From Gammaproteobacteria bacterium (GTDB taxonomy: Bacteria > Pseudomonadota > Gammaproteobacteria > Steroidobacterales > Rariloculaceae), in NCBI GenBank assembly GCA_039933105.1, contig JBDTOT010000023.1, positions 115 through 64,114 of the forward strand: a stretch of DNA of 64,000 bases, given 5' to 3'. Both the position numbers and the translations under genes were made by a program. Below the pieces are notes generated by a model. It made no database searches. It was given only the letters and a program-made list of their open reading frames with translations, and was not told where the DNA came from. Of the stretch, positions 55,374-62,855 are shown one piece after another. The first letter of the stretch is position 1, and every line of letters starts with the position of its first letter.

Positions 55374-56333
55374 CTACTTGTCGCCTTTCTTCGTGAAATT
55401 GAAGTTCGTGAAATCAGAACTGCCGGTATCGGTCTTGGTGACCGTATTGTTTTGGTTTTCCCCACAGTCCCAGTAACGGATACGCAGACTCTTGTCGTCG
55501 TTCGACAGGCGCTTGTAGGTCTGTTGAGTGTACCAAGGTTCCGCAAGAGCCGGCGGGTCGAAGGCCCAGATGTCGACGGCCATCGTATCGGCATCCGCCT
55601 TTTGCCAGATTTCGACGGTCTCGACCTGCTCTGTGTAGTACGGCTGAATGCGCTGGTATTGACCGGCCCGCATCTGCGCGGTGTGGATCACGAGCTTGTT
55701 GCCGTCCCAGAAGCCGATCGAGTCGCCTTCCCAGAGCGGATAGGCGTCTTCTGCACTCGGGTGATCGCGGCCATCTGTGTAGACGCGACGCATCTCATTC
55801 TGCATCTCGTTGACGAGATACGTTTCCTGCGGAGTCACGACCCATTCGCGCAAAAACGGCTCGACCATCCATCGCGGCATGCCGGCAGGCTCGCAGTTGC
55901 TCAGCGGATCGAACTCGATGCCCCGGTTGATCTTGTCGAGCTTGTCCATGAGGCGTTTGCTGAATTCGGGCGTCAGCTTTGCTGTCGGCAATGCCGTGGG
56001 AGACCCTTGATCCGGATCCCAGAAGAACGGGCTCGCTTCGCGCGTCCAGACACCCGTCCAATCGGGAACCGTCTCCCATAACAGCGCTTTGCCGCCCTGA
56101 GCTTGTTGCTTCAAGTGGTCGTACAGCGCCCGAGCCGTCTTGTATTCAATGCCAAGATTCGTCAGGCGCTGCTTTTCGGCGGCGCGCGCTGCGGGTATGG
56201 AGGGCGCCGCGGCCGCCGTACCCGTGGCGGCGGGGGGCTGCGGTGCAGGTTGTTGTTGACAGGCGGTCGCAGCGATTGTCGCGATCGCGACGCACAGCAT
56301 CCGGCAGCCAGCAGTGCTGATAGTGCTCATCAT
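55374..56333 (-). CDS. partner protein L5 of the S/L module, probable lipoprotein
   Basis: 319 aa with a lipobox-like IAATAC followed by a Q/P/A-rich linker. Motifs: PDWTGVW, DPLSNCEPAGMP, MRRVYTDGRD, GDSIGFWDGNKLVI, WDCGEN. Confidence 0.75.
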   Translation of the reverse strand: MMSTISTAGCRMLCVAIATIAATACQQQPAPQPPAATGTAAAAPSIPAARAAEKQRLTNLGIEYKTARALYDHLKQQAQGGKALLWETVPDWTGVWTREASPFFWDPDQGSPTALPTAKLTPEFSKRLMDKLDKINRGIEFDPLSNCEPAGMPRWMVEPFLREWVVTPQETYLVNEMQNEMRRVYTDGRDHPSAEDAYPLWEGDSIGFWDGNKLVIHTAQMRAGQYQRIQPYYTEQVETVEIWQKADADTMAVDIWAFDPPALAEPWYTQQTYKRLSNDDKSLRIRYWDCGENQNNTVTKTDTGSSDFTNFNFTKKGDK

Positions 56334-56487
56334 CTCGAAGCGTCTCCCCCAGCTCGCCCGTGCTTAAGATTCGGGGCCTATTGTAGTGCGCGTCGTGGCG
56401 CAGCGGTACAGACGGGGGCCGCTGGTCTTGGCGGAATGAACTTGCTAAGGTCGAGACGTATCGGCGGGGTCGGAAAGAGGGTAAGGA

Positions 56488-56865
56488 ATGCGTACCGGTT
56501 GGCGTTATGTCGCTGCACTCCTGTGCGCTTTGGCGGTCGTCGCAGCCTTGCCCGCGTCTGGTCACCATTCCTTCGCGGTCTACGACTTCGAACAACAGAT
56601 TCCGTTCGAGGGCGTCGTGGCTACGTTGAGCTTCAAGAACCCGCACATGTCGATGACCTTGACGCACACGCGCCCGGATGGCAGTACCGAGACGATCGAT
56701 TTCGTCGAAGGCGCGCCGGCGAACATGGCCGTGCGCGGCGGCCTCACGCCTGACATGATCAAGCCGGGTACCAAGATCACTGCGATCGGTTCGCCGCGGC
56801 GCGACAATCCGAACGTGTTCTTCCTGCGCCACGTTCGGCTCGCGGACGGCCGCGAATTCATGTAG
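56488..56865 (+). CDS. small secreted HHS-motif protein S6 (no adjacent L on its own strand)
   Basis: 125 aa with a good ribosome-binding site (AAGAGGGTAAGGA). Signal peptide ...ALPASG|HHSFAVYD, then NPH and PGTKITAIGSP. Confidence 0.8.
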   Translation: MRTGWRYVAALLCALAVVAALPASGHHSFAVYDFEQQIPFEGVVATLSFKNPHMSMTLTHTRPDGSTETIDFVEGAPANMAVRGGLTPDMIKPGTKITAIGSPRRDNPNVFFLRHVRLADGREFM

Positions 56866-56898
56866 CCGCGGCCGCGGCCGCAATCCATCGTCTGCGAT

Positions 56899-57315
56899 CT
56901 ACTTGCCGCCCGAGGCTTGGTTCCTGCGCGCCAGCACGTCGCGTAGCAACGGCAGGTCGTTCAAGGCGGGCGCGTCGACCGGGATCGTGTTCAGATACGC
57001 CCAGATGTCCGCTAGCGTTTGCGCCGATGCGTCCGGCATCGCGGGCATGTTGGGCAACGGTGAGTTCTGCACGAACGTGATGAAGCCCTCGAGCGGATAC
57101 TTCATCGGCACTAAACGGCGCTCGCCGGTCTGCGCGTCGAAGCCGTGGCAGGCGTAACAGTTGTAGGTATCCGAGAACAGCTGTTTGCCGCGTTCGGCAT
57201 TGCCAACCGGCGCGCTGCCGGCGCTTTGCTGCGCCGGCGACGGCGTGACGACGACGAATAGACCGAGCGCGATCGATGGAAGCAGTGAGGCATGTGCCAG
57301 CTTACGCAGTTTCAT
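56899..57315 (-). CDS. secreted mono-haem c-type cytochrome
   Basis: 138 aa with a signal peptide. It has a CYACH haem motif and a distal NMPAMP Met region. It lies 14 nt downstream of the TPP enzyme gene. Confidence 0.8.
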   Translation of the reverse strand: MKLRKLAHASLLPSIALGLFVVVTPSPAQQSAGSAPVGNAERGKQLFSDTYNCYACHGFDAQTGERRLVPMKYPLEGFITFVQNSPLPNMPAMPDASAQTLADIWAYLNTIPVDAPALNDLPLLRDVLARRNQASGGK

Positions 57316-57329
57316 AACCGAAATACCGC

Positions 57330-59252
57330 CTATCGGGGTTGTGAGACGACGTCGAGCAGTGCGGGCTCGCCCGCGCGAACACGCGCGAGCGCACGCTCGA
57401 GAGCCGGTGCCAACGCGTTCGGATCGCTGATCGGGCCTTCGGCGTACACGCCGTAGCCCTGTGCGATCTTGGCGTAATCTGGCGCCGGTTCGCGAATCAC
57501 GTTGCCGATATCCACTTTGTCGTTGCCGCGACCGCGCCGTGCTGCCGTGCGCTGCACGAGCATGACTTCCGCGTGATATGCGCGGTTATTGTGGATGATC
57601 AGGAGCAGCGGGATCTTGTGGTGCGCCGCCGTCCACAGTGCGCCGGCGCCGACGAAGTTGAAGTCGCCGTCGCCGACGATGCCGATGGATAGTCGGCCAT
57701 GCGCTTTGTGCGCCAGCGCGCCGCCGACCGAGGCCGGTGTGTCGTAGCCGATGCCGAAGCCACCGGAGTCGCCGTTGTAGCGATAGTGCTTGTCGTGATT
57801 CAGCAGCCGGCGTTGCCATTGGCCCGTGAACTGATGGCCCGAGACGATCGCCCAGTCGTCGTTCTGAATCTGGCGGCCGAGCTCGGTGATCATGCGCGGC
57901 ACGCTGATCGGGCTCGCGTTCCAGCCGTAACGTGCGTCGTCGATCTCACGCTCGTGCACCGCTTTGTGCGCAGCCGCGACCTGGGTACGGCGCGCCGTGC
58001 GTGCGCGCGCCGCGTCGCGCGGGCTCTGGCGGCGAATCTCTTCGATCAACGAGGGTAGCGTCGCTTCAGCGTCCGCGGCGATCGCGAGGTCGACGTCGGT
58101 GTAGCTGCCGTAGTCGTGGATGTTGTGGCCCTGCGACAGGTACTCGGCGCAGATGCTGATCGTCTTACCGCCAGTCGCGTGTGTCTGGCGCACCGATGGC
58201 ACCATGTCGTTCAGCTCGAGGCCCAAGATCACGTCCGGTTTGTAGTCGGCGCCGCCTGAGCCGTACAGCGCGTGCCACGACGGGAAGTCCTGCCACGAGC
58301 CGTACGTGCCGACGTCCACTGGCGATTGCAGCAGCTCGGCGAGTTCGAGCAACAGGTCCCAGCCGGCCGGCGTGCGTCCGAGCTTGCCTGGCCGAATCAG
58401 CGGCCGCTCGGCACTGGCGAGCCACTTGGCCGCCTCGCGAACGGCGCCGGTCTCCCCTTGCGGGACCGCAGGCAGGATCACCTTCGGGATCGGCAAGCTC
58501 ATGCCGTTTGGGATTGCGGCTTCTTGGAGCTCCGAGTCGACGACCAGCAAGGTCGGGCCCATCGGCGGCGTGCGGCCGATCGTGTACGCGCGCATCGCGA
58601 TCCCTGCGAATACGTCGAGCCGCGTGGGCTCGTCGTCCATCTTCATGAAGTCGCGCACGATCGAGCCCATGTCTTGTGCGCTATGCGGGCGATTGATGAC
58701 CGACGTGGGATTCCGCGGTTGTCCGACAACGGCGAACACCGGCACGCGGTCGCACCACGCGTGGAACAGCCCCATCGACGCGTGCAGCAGACCGACGGTG
58801 CCGTGCATCAACGTCATCATCGGTTTGCCGGCCGCTTTCGCGTAACTATGTGCGATGGCCGCGCCGGCTTCCTCATGCAGTACGGTAAGAATCTCGGGCT
58901 TGCGGTTGCCGCCGTGGTTAATGAGCGATTCGTGTATGCCCTCGAACGCCGAGCCGGGGTTCACCGCTACGTAATCGAAATCGAGTGCCTTCAGCACGTC
59001 GACCATGTGATCGGAGCCGGGGTGCTCGATGAAGGCTGCGCCGACACGTGGCTCCGGCGGAACAAAATCCTTCCGGGCGTCGGCGTCCGTCGGTCGCGCG
59101 ACCGCGGGGCGTGCGGTGGGTGGCGCTTGCTGCGCGTCGCTGGCGTTGCCGACCAACACGCTTGCGGCACCTGCGGCGCCGCCGGCAGCGCCCTTCAAGA
59201 ATCTTCTTCGATCGACGGACGGTGTCGCGTCGCTGTCGCTGCGTTTGCCCAC
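57330..59252 (-). CDS. thiamine-pyrophosphate enzyme (acetolactate-synthase fold) with twin-arginine signal
   Basis: GTG at 59252 is preceded by GGGGA (the track ATG is at 59306). DRRRFLKGAAGGAAGAASV matches the RRxFLK Tat consensus. The TPP_N domain and the GDGDF ... NN pyrophosphate motif are present. Confidence 0.85.
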   Translation of the reverse strand: MGKRSDSDATPSVDRRRFLKGAAGGAAGAASVLVGNASDAQQAPPTARPAVARPTDADARKDFVPPEPRVGAAFIEHPGSDHMVDVLKALDFDYVAVNPGSAFEGIHESLINHGGNRKPEILTVLHEEAGAAIAHSYAKAAGKPMMTLMHGTVGLLHASMGLFHAWCDRVPVFAVVGQPRNPTSVINRPHSAQDMGSIVRDFMKMDDEPTRLDVFAGIAMRAYTIGRTPPMGPTLLVVDSELQEAAIPNGMSLPIPKVILPAVPQGETGAVREAAKWLASAERPLIRPGKLGRTPAGWDLLLELAELLQSPVDVGTYGSWQDFPSWHALYGSGGADYKPDVILGLELNDMVPSVRQTHATGGKTISICAEYLSQGHNIHDYGSYTDVDLAIAADAEATLPSLIEEIRRQSPRDAARARTARRTQVAAAHKAVHEREIDDARYGWNASPISVPRMITELGRQIQNDDWAIVSGHQFTGQWQRRLLNHDKHYRYNGDSGGFGIGYDTPASVGGALAHKAHGRLSIGIVGDGDFNFVGAGALWTAAHHKIPLLLIIHNNRAYHAEVMLVQRTAARRGRGNDKVDIGNVIREPAPDYAKIAQGYGVYAEGPISDPNALAPALERALARVRAGEPALLDVVSQPR

Positions 59253-59370
59253 GGTTATCCCCCTATGCGATCCGGGCTCCGCAGTGCAAAAGGTGCGGCG
59301 GAGCAATCGCGGGGATCATACCCCAATCGTTTCGGTGGGAAAGGACGGTGCCGTTCCGCGCGTGCGGCGG

Positions 59371-60417
59371 TCAGCTTGTCATGCGGACGCGGTTGCGACC
59401 CGCCGCTTTGGACTGCATCAGTGCCTGGTCGGCGCGCTCGATCAGCGCTTCGGCGGGAGTTGGATCGTTCGCTGGACGCACCGTGAATCCGACGCTCACG
59501 CTGACCGGCATGGAGCCGTCGCGCGTCGGGATCGGCGTGTCGGTGATCGTGCGGCGGATGCGCTCCGCGACCCTGCCCGCGACGGCAGCGTCCGTGTCGG
59601 TCATCAACACCAGGAACTCGTCGCCGCCAATCCGGCAGATATTGTCTTCGCCGCGCACGACGGTCAGCAAACGGCTCGCGATCTTGCGCAGCACTTCGTC
59701 ACCGCTTTGATGGCCGAAGGTGTCGTTGACGCGCTTGAAGTTATCGAGGTCGAGCAGGGCGAGCGTGAGCGGCGAACGGTGCTCGTCTGCTTTGCGGAAG
59801 GCAGCTTTCAGGAGCACGGAGGCGCCACGTCGATTCCATAGGTGTGTGAGGGGATCCATCAGCGCTTCGCGACGCGCGAGGCTCAGCTTGGAAGTCAGTG
59901 CGGCCTGGGCGCTGCTCAACTGATCGTTGACGAGTTCGCGCTGCGCGAGTGCCGCAAGGTCGGTGATCGTCTGGCAATCGGCCGGAGAGAACTCGCGGGG
60001 CTGCAAGTCGAACACGCAGAAGGTCCCTATGACGGTCCCGTGCTCATCCGTGAGCGGGTAGCCCGCGTACGCACGGAAGCGCGGTGCTTGCGTCACGATC
60101 TTGCACGTCGCGACGCAGGGGTCTGCCAACGTGTCGGGAATCGTCAGTAGCCGGTTCTCTTCGACGGTCAATCGGCAGATCGCATCCGCGCGGGGAATTT
60201 CAGAAACTCCCCAACCTGCGGCGGACTTGAACCACTGTTTATCGTCATTCAGTAGCGAGATCGCCGCGACCGGAACGTGCAGGGCCCTCCGCGCTATTCG
60301 TGAGATTCGCTCGAATCGTTCCTCGATCGGGGTATAGAACAGGTCGAGGGTATGAATATTGGCGATCTTGAGCGTCGCTGTGCTCGCGATGGTCTTGCTG
60401 AGTGTCGTGTCGCTCAC
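59371..60417 (-). CDS. GAF-GGDEF diguanylate cyclase
   Basis: A GAF-like N-terminal domain is followed by DPLTHLWNRRG ... LLDLDNFKRVNDTFGHQSGD ... RIGGDEFLVL. The start could be GTG 60417 or ATG 60525. Confidence 0.8.
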   Translation of the reverse strand: MSDTTLSKTIASTATLKIANIHTLDLFYTPIEERFERISRIARRALHVPVAAISLLNDDKQWFKSAAGWGVSEIPRADAICRLTVEENRLLTIPDTLADPCVATCKIVTQAPRFRAYAGYPLTDEHGTVIGTFCVFDLQPREFSPADCQTITDLAALAQRELVNDQLSSAQAALTSKLSLARREALMDPLTHLWNRRGASVLLKAAFRKADEHRSPLTLALLDLDNFKRVNDTFGHQSGDEVLRKIASRLLTVVRGEDNICRIGGDEFLVLMTDTDAAVAGRVAERIRRTITDTPIPTRDGSMPVSVSVGFTVRPANDPTPAEALIERADQALMQSKAAGRNRVRMTS

Positions 60418-60653
60418 GCGTGGATCCCGGACCGTTCTTGGTGCCTGCGCGAAGGAAGTAATGTACGCCCGCGGCTCCCGGCCCACGTGTGAGGAATGTC
60501 TCGGTCCGGCCTGATTCGCGGGCACAGACCCCTCTCAATGGCCTCGCCGGAGCGAAATCAGGGTCCAGAACATGGAAATTGTGATTCAAGTCGTCAGTTA
60601 ACTGCGGCGCGGTCGTTAGCCTGTGAATTCACAAGTTTCTTTCGTTCCGGCGT

Positions 60654-62216
60654 ATGCCGGTCCCCGATGGAGGTCCTGGAAGGGCTATGCGACAGACGAA
60701 GAGTCGGCCCGACCAGTCGGACCCTGCCGCAATCGACTCGAGCCTGCTGCACGACAGCAGCGTCGTCTTGGCCATCGCGGTCATGGCGGACGGGCGCATC
60801 ATGTGGGCCAATGCGCGGTTGCGCGAGTTGTTGGGGACGCCTGTTCTCACGACCCTCGCGGGCCGCAAGCTTACGGAGTTCCTCGTCAATCCCGCGGATT
60901 GGGACGCGTGGCGCGACGCGTCCGCTTCCGGTCGCGCCCTTCAGCTGAACATCCGTACCGTAGGTGGTGCGGTGAAGACCCTGCGCGGGGATATTCGAGC
61001 GACAGACGAAGGTCAGGGTCGCGTCGTCTCCGGCCTGTTCGTAGCCGTAGACGAACAGCCGAACTTGCGCGGCTTGGCACAACGCGCCGCGCGTATGGAA
61101 GCGCTCGGCAGTTTGACGGCGGGTATCGCGCACGACTTCAACAACTTGCTGACGGTGCTCGTCGGCAATCTGTACCTTGTTGGCGAGGAGTTGCGAGCGC
61201 AGCCGAAAGTTTTCGAGAAGCTGAAAGCGGCGCGCGACGCCGCGAAGCGCGGCACCGATCTGATCAAGCAGCTATTGGCGTTCGCGCGGCGCGAAGAGAT
61301 CCACGCCGATATTATCAATCCAGCCAAAGTCATCGATGGCGTGACGCCTCTGCTGCGCCGCGCACTGGGCGTGCGAATCACCCTCGAGACGACGTATCAA
61401 GCCGACGCGGGCACGGTTCGGGCGAGTGCGGCTCAGTTCGAGAGTGTCGTCGTGAACTTGGCCGTGAATGCGCGGGATTCGATCGAGAATAGGGGACGCA
61501 TCGGGGTGGAAGTGCAACGCGTGCAGCTGACGCAGGCGGAGGCCGAGCGTCGGCGCCTCGTGCGTGCCGGCGTGTACGTGGTGATCAGCGTTGCAGATAC
61601 CGGCTGCGGCGTCCCGCCGGAATTGACCGAGCGCGTGTTCGAGCCGTTCTTCTCGACCAAGGGCGAGCGCGGCGGCACGGGCTTAGGGCTCAGTATGGTT
61701 CGCTGGTTCGCCGAGCAGGCCGGTGGCGCCGTGGAGCTGCGAAGCGTCGTCGGTCGCGGCACGACCGTCACGCTATTGCTCCCGCAACAATCCGAGCAGG
61801 CCAACGTCGGCGGTGACGGGACGATGCCTCTCTCGATACTGCCGGGCGGCGACGAGCGCGTCGTAGTGCTGGCACTGGACGAAGAGCTACGCACCACCAT
61901 TCGCCAGACGCTCGAAGTGTTGGGGTACGCAGTACACATAGCGTCCGGCGTCGAGGACATGCTCGACGCACTTCATGCGGCCGACGCACAACTGCTGCTG
62001 GTGGACGGCCTGGGCCGTGCCGATACGGACGTGCTGATTCGTGCGCGCGCGATCCGCCCCGGGCTCAAAGTCTTGGTCACCACCGATTCAACGCGCGAAG
62101 GCGAGCGAATCCTTGCGGCAGGCGTCGGTATGCTGTCGAAGCCGTTTTCGCTCGCAGATCTCGCGGGTGGAGTGCGCGCAGCGTTGGATGGCGGGGCCGG
62201 TACGCCCCGCGTTTAG
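60654..62216 (+). CDS. hybrid sensor histidine kinase/response regulator (PAS-HisKA-HATPase-REC)
   Basis: Has the H-box GIAHDFNNLL, N-box NLAVNARDS, G-boxes DTGCGV and GGTGLGLS, and a C-terminal receiver (LDEE, LLLVDG, SKPF). Confidence 0.85.
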   Translation: MPVPDGGPGRAMRQTKSRPDQSDPAAIDSSLLHDSSVVLAIAVMADGRIMWANARLRELLGTPVLTTLAGRKLTEFLVNPADWDAWRDASASGRALQLNIRTVGGAVKTLRGDIRATDEGQGRVVSGLFVAVDEQPNLRGLAQRAARMEALGSLTAGIAHDFNNLLTVLVGNLYLVGEELRAQPKVFEKLKAARDAAKRGTDLIKQLLAFARREEIHADIINPAKVIDGVTPLLRRALGVRITLETTYQADAGTVRASAAQFESVVVNLAVNARDSIENRGRIGVEVQRVQLTQAEAERRRLVRAGVYVVISVADTGCGVPPELTERVFEPFFSTKGERGGTGLGLSMVRWFAEQAGGAVELRSVVGRGTTVTLLLPQQSEQANVGGDGTMPLSILPGGDERVVVLALDEELRTTIRQTLEVLGYAVHIASGVEDMLDALHAADAQLLLVDGLGRADTDVLIRARAIRPGLKVLVTTDSTREGERILAAGVGMLSKPFSLADLAGGVRAALDGGAGTPRV

Positions 62217-62227
62217 GCCGGTCTGGC

Positions 62228-62698
62228 CTATTCTTTCGTGTCGAGCATCAAGGTGAAGCGCTCGAGCTGTGTCGTCAGACCTCGCATGGCCAGTAGTTGC
62301 TCGTCGGTCAAACGCTCCAAAGCCTCGGCGAAGTAGCGGAGCCGCTGCTCCTGAGCGCGTTGGTAGATCCGGCGGCCTTTCGGCGTCGTCGTGACGAGTA
62401 CTCCGCGGCCGTCGTCCTTGTCTCCGCCGCGTTTTACGAGGCCGTCCTCGACGAGGGCCGAGACCATCCGCGACATCGTCGCCGGACGCACCATTTCTCG
62501 ATCCGCCAGTGCGGTGACCGAGATCGGCCCGCGCCGGTCGATCACGGACAAAGCGCTCAACCGTTCCGGGGTCATTCCCTGCGGCAGTTCGAGGTTACGC
62601 ATCTCGCGGGCCAGCCGCGCGAACTGCTCATGCAACAATGCGGCGACTTCCGCTCGCGCTTCGACGGCGTCGCCCGTCGGCTTATGTAATGACATCAA
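62228..62698 (-). CDS. MarR family transcriptional regulator
   Basis: 156 aa. The winged-helix region LSALSVIDRRGPISVTALADREMVRPATMSRMVSALVEDGLV is present. The start is TTG 62698 or ATG 62695. Confidence 0.85.
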   Translation of the reverse strand: MMSLHKPTGDAVEARAEVAALLHEQFARLAREMRNLELPQGMTPERLSALSVIDRRGPISVTALADREMVRPATMSRMVSALVEDGLVKRGGDKDDGRGVLVTTTPKGRRIYQRAQEQRLRYFAEALERLTDEQLLAMRGLTTQLERFTLMLDTKE

Positions 62699-62855
62699 AC
62701 CAGTACCTTCCTATTGTTGTGTGCAGCAGCGGCCGATAAAGACACAAACTCGCGCGCTCGGTGGTTGAAACGGCCGCTTGCCGTCTGCGAATCGTAAGCT
62801 AAATCTTGCAGAGGCTGTCTAGCTGTCACAAGGTTTTGGGATTGCGTTCCCTCGC

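Noticed and set aside
56865-56878. 14-nt perfect GC palindrome GCCGCGGCCGCGGC between convergent S6 and the cytochrome c gene, considered as a bidirectional terminator
   Set aside because: It has no loop and no flanking T/A tracts, and such palindromes arise easily in GC-rich DNA. There is not enough evidence to call it a terminator.
59270-59300. Hairpin GCTCCGC ... GCGGAGC (minus-strand sense) after the GGDEF gene
   Set aside because: The stem is imperfect with a 15-nt loop and no U-tract. It also lies inside the possible 5' region of the TPP gene if the upstream ATG is used. It is too weak to annotate.
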